DNA of 32,000 bases. Source: Prochlorococcus marinus subsp. pastoris str. CCMP1986 (GTDB lineage Bacteria; Cyanobacteriota; Cyanobacteriia; PCC-6307; Cyanobiaceae). Position 1 is the stretch's first letter. Every line of letters begins with the position of its first letter. A program made the translations under genes and the position numbers. The notes beneath the pieces were generated by a model. That model made no database searches, was not told the origin of the DNA, and saw only the letters and a list, made by a program, of their open reading frames with translations. The stretch is from positions 840,001 through 872,000 of the forward strand of contig NC_005072.1 of the NCBI RefSeq assembly GCF_000011465.1, written 5' to 3'. Positions 18,937-26,859 of this stretch are shown here, in pieces.

Positions 18937-20917
18937 TGTCCCATGGATCGTCATCCCTAGAGTTACCATACCTTGAATTTCTAGAATTACTATTCATTTG
19001 ATTGTCCCAAGGATCATCATCCCAATAATCATCTGAAAATAATTCATCTTTTAAAGAGCCAAAGGTATTTTTAATTCCTTGTAATGGATTACTATCAACT
19101 TTCTTCTCCGCAGCAAATCTTCTATTTAAACCAAAAAGGGCTTCTTGCAAAGAACTTACAGAAATTTCTAATTCTTGAGGATCATCATCATCTATAAATT
19201 CTTCAACATCTTGAATTGCAAGCTCTACCGCCCTCTGTTGTCGCTCTGCTCCATATGGTCCAAATTCTAAGGAAGCGTCTCTTAATCTTCTCTCTGCTTG
19301 AGCAATTAGTGTAAGTGCATTATTTTTTCTATCAATTACTGATCTTTTTATCCTGTCTTCTGTTGATTTTGACTTTGCCTCAGCGATCATCATATTAATT
19401 TCTTGTTCATTTAAATTCGAACCTCCGGAAATACTTACTGTTTGTTTTCTACCTGTAGTTCTATCAGTTGCACTGACTTCTAACAATCCATTTGCGTCAA
19501 TATCGAAAGCTACTTGTACTTGGGGAATCCCTCTAGGTGCGGGAGGTATACCTGACAATCTGAATTTTCCTAACGATTTGTTTTCTGAAGCCAGTGGCCT
19601 CTCGCCTTGTCTAACTTGCACAACTACTGATGATTGATTAGATTCCGAAGTACTAAAAACATCTGATTGCCTTACTGGTATAGGGGTATTACGTGGAATA
19701 AGAACCTTCATAAGTCCTCCAATAGTCTCTAATCCTAGGGACAAAGGAGTTACATCATTTAAAAGTAAATCACGTAAATCTCCACTAATTATTCCAGATT
19801 GTATTGCAGCACCAATTGCAACAACTTCATCAGGGTTTACAGATTGACATGGCTCATTAGGAACAAGAGTTTTAACTAATTGTTGTACCATTGGTATACG
19901 AGTACTTCCACCAACAAGGACGACTTCATCAATTTGTTCAGCATCCCAACCAGAATCTTCTAAAGCAATTTGAACAGGTTCAAGCAATCTATCGAGAAGA
20001 TCATCAGATAACGATTCAAATAATTTCCTATCGAATTCCTCTTCAATATGTAATGGTCCATCATCACTTGTAGTAATAAAAGGTAAAGAAATTTTAGTTT
20101 TTTGTAGTCCTGACAATTCACATTTAGCCTTCTCAGCAGCTTCTGTAAGTCTTTGAAGAGCTTGCCTATCTCGTCTTAAATCAATCTTATGTTTCTCAAG
20201 AAATCGTTCAGCAATCCAATCTACTATTTTGGAATCAAAATTATTACCTCCGAGTTGAGTATCTCCACAGGTCGCTTTTACATCAAAAACACCATTAGAT
20301 ATCCTTAACAATGAAACATCAAAAGTCCCTCCACCTAAATCAAAAACTAGTACGTTATTAGAAGAGCTTTTTTCAAAACCATAGGCTAATGCTGCTGCTG
20401 TTGGTTCATTTAAAATTCTATCAACCTTTATCCCCGCTAACACGGCAGAATCCTTTGTAGCTTGCCTCTGAGACTCATTAAAATAGGCAGGTACAGTAAT
20501 TACGGCAGAATCAATCGTGTCTCCTAAATAAGTTTCTGCATCATTAATTAATTTTCTTATTATCGAACTTATTAACTCTTCAGGGGCATACTCACGCTCT
20601 GTAAATGGACTTAGTATTCTAACACTACCTTTATCATTAGATTTTACATTATACGGAACAGAAATACTTGTTTCATCAAGTTCATCCCAATCTCGTCCAA
20701 TGAATCTTTTTAAGTTATAAAATGTATTTTTAGGATTTAAAACAAGTTGCCTTCGAGCCTGATCACCAATAACAATTTCGGAGTTTTTAGTGAATCCAAC
20801 TATTGAAGGGGTTGTTCTTGTACCCTCTGAATTTGCAATTACAACGGGGCGGCCAGCTTCTATAACTCCTACAACGGAGTTAGTAGTACCTAAATCAATC
20901 CCAACTATTTGCCCCAT
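18920..20917 (-). CDS. dnaK3: Hsp70 chaperone, DnaK paralogue with an extended acidic/Trp-rich C-terminus (DnaK3-type)
   Basis: Hsp70 signatures IDLGTTNS, DLGGGTFDVS and VLVGGSTRIP. 665 aa. The paralogue assignment is inferred from the divergent C-terminal tail and the adjacent dnaJ-like gene. Confidence 0.9.
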   Translation of the reverse strand: MGQIVGIDLGTTNSVVGVIEAGRPVVIANSEGTRTTPSIVGFTKNSEIVIGDQARRQLVLNPKNTFYNLKRFIGRDWDELDETSISVPYNVKSNDKGSVRILSPFTEREYAPEELISSIIRKLINDAETYLGDTIDSAVITVPAYFNESQRQATKDSAVLAGIKVDRILNEPTAAALAYGFEKSSSNNVLVFDLGGGTFDVSLLRISNGVFDVKATCGDTQLGGNNFDSKIVDWIAERFLEKHKIDLRRDRQALQRLTEAAEKAKCELSGLQKTKISLPFITTSDDGPLHIEEEFDRKLFESLSDDLLDRLLEPVQIALEDSGWDAEQIDEVVLVGGSTRIPMVQQLVKTLVPNEPCQSVNPDEVVAIGAAIQSGIISGDLRDLLLNDVTPLSLGLETIGGLMKVLIPRNTPIPVRQSDVFSTSESNQSSVVVQVRQGERPLASENKSLGKFRLSGIPPAPRGIPQVQVAFDIDANGLLEVSATDRTTGRKQTVSISGGSNLNEQEINMMIAEAKSKSTEDRIKRSVIDRKNNALTLIAQAERRLRDASLEFGPYGAERQQRAVELAIQDVEEFIDDDDPQELEISVSSLQEALFGLNRRFAAEKKVDSNPLQGIKNTFGSLKDELFSDDYWDDDPWDNQMNSNSRNSRYGNSRDDDPWDNDYFL

Positions 20918-20987
20918 AGTATTACTTGATTAATTAAAAGTTATCCTTAACTAATAATTTAATCAATTTAAATTCTCTGTTATCTAC

Positions 20988-21016
20988 ATATAATAATAAA
21001 AATCTATTAATTTCAA
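20988..21016 (-). promoter_or_regulatory. Candidate sigma70-type promoter for dnaK3
   Basis: On the minus strand, TTGAAA (21016-21011)-N17-TTATAT (20993-20988) lies about 70 nt upstream of the dnaK ATG. It is a pattern match only. Confidence 0.2.
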
Positions 21017-21143
21017 CTTTATTTAAATAAATAAATTCATTTACTTATTTTTTTTCTACTTTTAAAAAATACATATAATTTATAAAGTATTGATTAGTTA
21101 AAATTCTAATTGTTATTTTATATCTCTATCAATTAAAATGAAA

Positions 21144-21230
21144 CGGAGAGAGAGGGATTCGAACCCTCGATAAAGTTGCCCCTATACAGCATTTCCAGTG
21201 CTGCGCCTTCAACCACTCGGCCACCTCTCC
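21144..21230 (-). tRNA. tRNA-Ser (anticodon GGA), 87 nt, no encoded CCA
   Basis: Hand-folded from the reverse complement: acceptor GGAGAGG/TCTCTCC (one G-U pair), D-arm GCC..GGC, anticodon stem CAGCA/TGCTG with loop CTGGAAA, a long variable arm (class II), T-arm GAGGG-TTCGAAT-CCCTC and discriminator G. Confidence 0.9.
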
Positions 21231-21280
21231 TTAAGATTTATATTTTAGCCTTTTAATATCCCATTATTGAGGAAAGTTAC

Positions 21281-21655
21281 TTGAAAAAGACTTTTAAAGT
21301 CACTATTACGAATAAAGAAACTGGTAAAATTTATCAGGAAAATATTAGTGATCAAGAATATATACTAAAAGAGTTTGAAAAAAAAGGTTTAAGACTTCCA
21401 TTTTCCTGTAGGAATGGATGTTGTACAAGTTGTGCGGTAAAAATCATTTCGGGTAAGCTTGATCAACCAGAAGCAATGGGAGTATCTCAAGATTTAAAAG
21501 ATAAGGGTTATGCTCTTCTTTGTGTTGCGAAAGTAATAGAAGATATTGAAGTCGAGACTACCTATTATGATGAGGTTTATGATTTACAATTTGGCCAATA
21601 TTTTGGTAAAGGAAAAACGAGAAAAGCTCCTCCCTGGGAATTTGAGGAAGATTAA
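21281..21655 (+). CDS. Plant-type [2Fe-2S] ferredoxin with C-terminal extension (Fed2/FdC2-like)
   Basis: Cluster ligand pattern C-x4-C-x2-C...C (SCRNGCCTSC ... LLCV). It is about 25 aa longer than a classical PetF at the C-terminus. The start is a TTG at 21281, preceded by the Shine-Dalgarno-like GAGGAAAG 5 nt upstream. Confidence 0.85.
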   Translation: MKKTFKVTITNKETGKIYQENISDQEYILKEFEKKGLRLPFSCRNGCCTSCAVKIISGKLDQPEAMGVSQDLKDKGYALLCVAKVIEDIEVETTYYDEVYDLQFGQYFGKGKTRKAPPWEFEED

Positions 21656-21660
21656 TTATT

Positions 21661-22509
21661 ATGCTTGAAATTCAAGAATTTGAAGAAATCAATTCAGAAA
21701 ATGATTTAATTTTTCTTACTAATATAGCTAAAGAGAGTGCTCTTATAGGTAATGAAATTCTAATTAAAAATTATAATAAAATTCAAACAATCACTTCAAA
21801 GGGGAGAAAAGGTGATTTAGTTACCAACGTAGATTTAGAAGTAGAAGAGAAAATTAAGGAGTACTTAACAATTAAAACTCCCGAAATTTCTATTCATGCG
21901 GAAGAATCAGGAAAATTAATAAAGACTTCTCAATTAACTTGGTGTATTGATCCATTAGATGGAACAACTAACTATTCTCACGGTTATCCATTCTTTGGAA
22001 CTTCAATAGGTCTCTTATATAAAAATAATCCTATCTTAGGTGCTATATCAGTACCATATTTAAACGAACTTTATTCTGCATGCATAGGGAAAGGTTCATA
22101 TTGCAACGATAAAAAACTGATGGTATCAAATGCTAATTCTCTTATCGATAGTCTTCTCGTAACAGGTTTTGCATATGATAGGTTTGATACTGAAGATAAT
22201 AATTATGCAGAATTTTGTTACTTAACACATAAAACTAGAGGAGTAAGGAGAGGAGGTGCAGCGGCTGTTGATTTAGCATTTGTTGCCTCAGGGAAAGTAG
22301 ATGGATATTGGGAAAGAGGTCTAGAAATATGGGATTTAGCTGCTGGTGCTATTATTGTTAAAGAAGCCGGTGGTTCCGTATCTGATTACCCTAACGGTGA
22401 ATTTAATCTTAGCTCTGGAAGAATATTGGCTTGCAGTCCAAGACTTGAAGAAGAGCTAAAAATGGAATTAAGCAAAGTCACTCCTCTTAATAAACAACTT
22501 TACACTTAA
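21661..22509 (+). CDS. Inositol monophosphatase family protein (SuhB/HisN-like)
   Basis: IMPase motifs WCIDPLDGTTNY and WDLAAGAIIVKEAGG. 282 aa. It starts 5 nt after the ferredoxin stop. Confidence 0.85.
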   Translation: MLEIQEFEEINSENDLIFLTNIAKESALIGNEILIKNYNKIQTITSKGRKGDLVTNVDLEVEEKIKEYLTIKTPEISIHAEESGKLIKTSQLTWCIDPLDGTTNYSHGYPFFGTSIGLLYKNNPILGAISVPYLNELYSACIGKGSYCNDKKLMVSNANSLIDSLLVTGFAYDRFDTEDNNYAEFCYLTHKTRGVRRGGAAAVDLAFVASGKVDGYWERGLEIWDLAAGAIIVKEAGGSVSDYPNGEFNLSSGRILACSPRLEEELKMELSKVTPLNKQLYT

Positions 22510-22530
22510 GAATGAAATTATCGTTTTAAA

Positions 22531-23682
22531 ATGAGTGATATTAAAGAATTTAATTTAATAGATGTAAGGAATAATTCCTCAATTGTTAATGATTTAAATA
22601 ATGTATATAAGTTGTGGGGTTATGAAGAAATTTCACCTTCATTTATTAATAATCTTGAGACAATCAAAGGTAGAGAAGTAATTGATGGGGATGAACTTAT
22701 TGGAATAGTAAGTAATAGTTCATTATGTTTAAGACCAGAAATGACAACATCAATTGTTAAATTAACATCCACAAGATTATTAAATAAGAAGAGACCAATA
22801 AGACTTTTTAATAGTGGTATTGTATTTAATAAAAAACAAAGTTATAAAAATACTTATAAATTTCAAGAAAATTTACAAAGCGGGATAGAACTAATTAGTT
22901 ATGACACTCAATACCCTGAGATTGAGGTGATTAATATATTATTTGATGCAATTGATAATATCAATTTAATTGATAGTTGTAATCTAACACTTCTTGTTAG
23001 TACAACAAAAATAATGGATTTAATATTATTCAATTATAAAAATAATAATTATGAGGAGATTAAAAAATGCATGGTAAATTTAGATCATGAATCACTGGAT
23101 AAATTAAATATTGACAACAATGATAAAGCAATATTGAAGGAATTATTATTTACCAGAGGGGAACCTGCAATCATACTTAAAAAGCTTAAAAATATTTATG
23201 GTAATAATAATGTGATTGAGGAACTTGACTGTTTATTTAATACTTTATCAAAAATTTCAAAAAAATATAATATAAAAATACAACTTGATCCTACTTATCA
23301 ACCTCATCTTAATTTATATGCAGGTATAGTTTTTCAACTTATTTGCGATAATAAAAATGTTAAAACCATAATTGCAAAAGGTGGTAGATATGACGAATTA
23401 GTAAGATATTTTAATCCTAATGAAAAAATAATTAATGGAATTGGATTCACAATTTCTATAGATAATTTAAGAGAATTGATAGTTGAAAAATCTCAAACTA
23501 AAAAGAAAGTGTTGCTGTTATTTAAAAATTCTTATTTATTAGATAAAGGTATAAATGAGCAAAAAGCATTACAAAAAAAAGGGATAATTACAATACTATA
23601 TTTGAATCCATGTAATGATAATTCTAAAGCCAACATTCTTATGAAAGAACATAATTGTACTGAAATTCAATGGATTAAATAA
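22531..23682 (+). CDS. hisZ: ATP phosphoribosyltransferase regulatory subunit (HisRS paralogue)
   Basis: Class II HisRS-like core without an anticodon-binding domain. It has LRPEMTTS and the GGRYDELV motif. 383 aa and very Asn/Lys/Ile-rich. Confidence 0.8.
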   Translation: MSDIKEFNLIDVRNNSSIVNDLNNVYKLWGYEEISPSFINNLETIKGREVIDGDELIGIVSNSSLCLRPEMTTSIVKLTSTRLLNKKRPIRLFNSGIVFNKKQSYKNTYKFQENLQSGIELISYDTQYPEIEVINILFDAIDNINLIDSCNLTLLVSTTKIMDLILFNYKNNNYEEIKKCMVNLDHESLDKLNIDNNDKAILKELLFTRGEPAIILKKLKNIYGNNNVIEELDCLFNTLSKISKKYNIKIQLDPTYQPHLNLYAGIVFQLICDNKNVKTIIAKGGRYDELVRYFNPNEKIINGIGFTISIDNLRELIVEKSQTKKKVLLLFKNSYLLDKGINEQKALQKKGIITILYLNPCNDNSKANILMKEHNCTEIQWIK

Positions 23683-23772
23683 TTTTTCGCTTTGAGATTT
23701 ATAAAAAAAAATGAAATTTGAATAAGCAACGACAATATAAATTTTTAGTACGGACAATACTCCTAATTAAAC

Positions 23773-23801
23773 TTGATTAACCTTAAAATAGGAAATAAAA
23801 T
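23773..23801 (+). promoter_or_regulatory. Candidate sigma70-type promoter for htpG
   Basis: TTGATT-N17-TAAAAT ends about 30 nt upstream of the htpG ATG. This is the best -35/-10 match I found by eye in the 149-nt spacer, but chance matches are common in such AT-rich DNA. Confidence 0.3.
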
Positions 23802-23831
23802 CTAATAGTTCAAAAAAAAAAAGAAATTAAA

Positions 23832-25736
23832 ATGGAAAAAGGTGAAATTAGAATAAATACCGAAAATATTTTTCCAATAATAAAAAAAGCTGTATATTCT
23901 GATCACGAAATTTTTTTAAGAGAACTCGTTAGTAATGCTGTAGATGCAATTAGTAAAAGAAGAATGGCCTCAATGGCTGGAGATTGTGAAAATTGTGATG
24001 AACCTCAAGTAAAAATTACTATTGATAGGGAAAAAAATATCTTAAAAATTTCTGATAATGGTATTGGAATGAATGATGAAGAAATAAAAAAATATATAAA
24101 CCAAGTTGCTTTTTCTAGTGCTGAAGAGTTTCTAACGAAATATAAAAAAGATAATGACGAATTTATAGGACATTTTGGATTGGGTTTTTATTCTAGTTTT
24201 ATGGTCGCAGATAAAGTCAATATTTTAACTAAATCAGCCATAGGTAATAGTAAAACTTTTAATTGGTCATGTGATGGCTCACCTAACTTCACATTAGAAG
24301 AATCTGAAAGAGATTCAGTCGGAACAGATGTAATCCTTCATTTAATGGATGAAGAAAAAGAATTTATAGAACCAGAGAGAATTAAATCGCTTATTAAAAA
24401 ATATTGTGACTTTATGCCTATAGATGTTCTATTAGAGGGTGAAACAATTAATAAGAAAAATCCTCCATGGAGAAAACAACCTAGTGAACTAAAGGATGAG
24501 GATTATATTGAACTATATAAATATTTATATCCTTTTCAAGGAGATCCTCTTTTATGGATTCATTTAAACACAGATTATCCATACGACATACAAGGTATTT
24601 TGTATTTCCCTAAATTATCTGGAAGAGCCGATTGGGAAAAAGGCGAAATTAAACTATTTTGCAACCAAGTATTTGTAAGTGACTCAATAAAGGAAATTGT
24701 ACCTAAATATCTATTACCCTTGAGAGGTGTAATTGACTCTACAGATATACCATTAAATGTAAGTAGAAGTGCATTGCAAACTGATAGAAAAGTCAGATCT
24801 ATTTCATCATTCATTTCAAAAAAGATTGCTAATAAGTTAAAAGACTTAATAAAAAATTCGCCTGAATTTTATACGGAAATTTGGGATTCAATTTCTGCCT
24901 TTATTAAGATTGGAGCCATCGAGGACGAAAAGTTTGCTGATCTTGTAGAAAATAGTATTATTTTTGAGACAATTATAAATTCTGATAAAGACGTAAAAAA
25001 ATATCTCGATGATAAATCTCTTATTAAATCTAAAGAAAAGTTTTACACAACATTATCAAATTATAAGGAGAGAAATAACATAGTCGATTCCAAAAAAATT
25101 ATTTATTGTTCTGATGTAATTGGGCAATCTAGTGCTTTAAAAATTTGTTTATCCGACAACAAAGAAGTAATCAAATCTGATCCTTTAATAGATGCACAAT
25201 TTCTTCCATGGATAGAAAATAAAAATGAAAATTATCAATTTCAAAGAGTTGATTCTGAAATAAATGAGCTTGAAGATAAAGATTCAAAAGAAATAGTTGA
25301 TAAAGATGGCAAATCAAACACAGATAATTTAAAGGATATTATTTCTAAAGCATTAAATAACGATAAAGTTACAGTAAAAGTTCAATCTCTTAATAGTAAA
25401 GAGGCTCCTCCAGCAATGATATTGTTACCTGAACAAATGAGAAGAATTAACGATATGGGGGCATATATGGAACAAAAAATGCCAGGATTACCTGAATATC
25501 ACGTCTTATTAATTAATAAAGAACATCCACTCATTGCAGGATTAAATAAAATAACTGGTAATAAAATTATTCTTGATAAAAAAGACCCAGTTGAAAATCC
25601 ATTAGCATCAAAAATTGCTAATCATGTTTATGACATGGCGAAATTAAGTGTAGGAGGATTAGATCAAGAACAAATTATAAATTTGCAAAATAATAATGCT
25701 GATTTAATTTCAGATTTACTTAAAACATCAAAATAA
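23832..25736 (+). CDS. htpG: Hsp90-family chaperone HtpG
   Basis: GHKL ATPase motifs LRELVSNAVDA, ISDNGIGM and GHFGLGFYSSFMVADKV. 634 aa. Confidence 0.95.
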   Translation: MEKGEIRINTENIFPIIKKAVYSDHEIFLRELVSNAVDAISKRRMASMAGDCENCDEPQVKITIDREKNILKISDNGIGMNDEEIKKYINQVAFSSAEEFLTKYKKDNDEFIGHFGLGFYSSFMVADKVNILTKSAIGNSKTFNWSCDGSPNFTLEESERDSVGTDVILHLMDEEKEFIEPERIKSLIKKYCDFMPIDVLLEGETINKKNPPWRKQPSELKDEDYIELYKYLYPFQGDPLLWIHLNTDYPYDIQGILYFPKLSGRADWEKGEIKLFCNQVFVSDSIKEIVPKYLLPLRGVIDSTDIPLNVSRSALQTDRKVRSISSFISKKIANKLKDLIKNSPEFYTEIWDSISAFIKIGAIEDEKFADLVENSIIFETIINSDKDVKKYLDDKSLIKSKEKFYTTLSNYKERNNIVDSKKIIYCSDVIGQSSALKICLSDNKEVIKSDPLIDAQFLPWIENKNENYQFQRVDSEINELEDKDSKEIVDKDGKSNTDNLKDIISKALNNDKVTVKVQSLNSKEAPPAMILLPEQMRRINDMGAYMEQKMPGLPEYHVLLINKEHPLIAGLNKITGNKIILDKKDPVENPLASKIANHVYDMAKLSVGGLDQEQIINLQNNNADLISDLLKTSK

Positions 25737-25775
25737 GTATTGTGTTAAAATTAATAAATATATTCTCCAAATAAT

Positions 25776-26012
25776 ATGTCTAGGGTTTGTGAACTGACAG
25801 GTGCAAAAGCTAATAATGGAATGGCTGTTAGTCATTCGCATATACGTACTAAGAAATTACAACAAGTAAATCTTCAAAAAAGGAGACTTTGGTGGCAAGA
25901 AGGTAAAAAGTGGGTAAACATAAAAATTAGTACTAAGGCATTAAAATCAATACAAAAGGTTGGTTTAGATAAGGTTGCCAAAACAAATGGAGTGGATCTC
26001 AATAAGTTCTGA
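25776..26012 (+). CDS. rpmB: 50S ribosomal protein L28
   Basis: 78 aa. [34 protein letters not shown] is a typical L28 N-terminus. Confidence 0.95.
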
Positions 26013-26017
26013 TTTTG

Positions 26018-26551
26018 ATGAAGAGTTTGTTTGGCCTTTTTGTAATATTAATATCGTTAATTTTTAATCTTAAATCTGCAATTGCTTTTGATTATGCTCC
26101 TGAGATAGGAGATTCAGCTCCTAGTTTCCATTTAGAGGGAATAAACAAAAGTATTAAATCAAAAAAAATATGGGATTCGAATGAATTAATAGGTAAATGG
26201 ATAGTTTTATATTTTTATCCTAAGGATTTTACCGCTGGTTGTACTCTAGAAGCTAAAGGATTTTCTCAATTAAAAAACGACTTTTCTAAATATAATGCTG
26301 AAATAATAGGAATAAGTGCTGACAATCAAGATTCACACGACAGTTTTTGCAGTGAAAAATCAATAAATTACACATTATTATCCGACCCCAATGGTACTAT
26401 TAGTGCAAAATATGGTTCCTGGATTCCTCCTTATTCCGATAGGAATACTTTTTTGATTTCACCAGAGGGAAAAATAACATACAGATGGATAAGTGTTTTA
26501 CCAATCAATCATGCAAAAGAAGTACTTAATATATTAAAGAAAAATATATAA
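26018..26551 (+). CDS. Peroxiredoxin, BCP/PrxQ-like, with N-terminal signal peptide
   Basis: AhpC/TSA fold with peroxidatic Cys in FYPKDFTAGCTLE. It has a hydrophobic N-terminus MKSLFGLFVILISLIFNLKSAIAF. ATG at 26018 (the track begins one codon earlier at a TTG). Confidence 0.85.
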   Translation: MKSLFGLFVILISLIFNLKSAIAFDYAPEIGDSAPSFHLEGINKSIKSKKIWDSNELIGKWIVLYFYPKDFTAGCTLEAKGFSQLKNDFSKYNAEIIGISADNQDSHDSFCSEKSINYTLLSDPNGTISAKYGSWIPPYSDRNTFLISPEGKITYRWISVLPINHAKEVLNILKKNI

Positions 26552-26556
26552 ATATT

Positions 26557-26859
26557 TTGCACGAACTTTCATTTGGTACTTGGTTAATTCATATCAGCTC
26601 AGTAATAGAATGGATTTATGCAATTTTTATAATAAACAAAATAAGTAGCTATAAAAAACTAGAGCTTTATTACTGGTTAAGTCTCGCGATGATACCTAAT
26701 TTAATTGGAGCTATGTGTGCAATTACTTGGCATATTTTTGATAATCAACCTGAATTATATGGCTTAGTTACCCTTCAAGGGATTTTCACCTTTATAGGGA
26801 ACTCAACATTAGCTATCGCTACTATTGCAATTTATAAAAGAACAGAATCCTATGAATGA
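26557..26859 (+). CDS. Small membrane protein, Ycf49-like (DUF2499)
   Basis: 100 aa with three predicted TM helices. The N-terminal SFGTWLIHISSVIEWIYA resembles the Ycf49/DUF2499 signature as I recall it. TTG start at 26557, 5 nt after the peroxiredoxin stop. Confidence 0.65.
   Translation: MHELSFGTWLIHISSVIEWIYAIFIINKISSYKKLELYYWLSLAMIPNLIGAMCAITWHIFDNQPELYGLVTLQGIFTFIGNSTLAIATIAIYKRTESYE

Noticed and set aside
18937-18969. Longer N-terminus for dnaJ3 (track start at 18969, a 50-nt overlap with dnaK3).
   Set aside because: The ATG at 18936 places the J-domain (DYLSILGL) at the usual distance from the N-terminus. The extra 11 residues (MVTLGMTIHGT) are just the alternative-frame reading of the DnaK tail. 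This is not excluded experimentally.
21138-21173. Mini-ORF ATG AAA CGG AGA ... ([11 protein letters not shown]).
   Set aside because: It lies on the opposite strand within the tRNA-Ser gene and is a chance ORF.
23747-23761. Imperfect palindrome AGTA-N7-TACT upstream of htpG, considered as a LexA/SOS-like box.
   Set aside because: It has only 4-bp arms. It does not fit the cyanobacterial RGTAC-N3-DGTWCB pattern as I recall it (the second half reads CAATAC). In AT-rich DNA this is most likely chance.
20918-23831. CIRCE heat-shock operator (TTAGCACTC-N9-GAGTGCTAA) upstream of dnaK3 or htpG.
   Set aside because: I searched both upstream regions by eye on both strands and found no match or near match.
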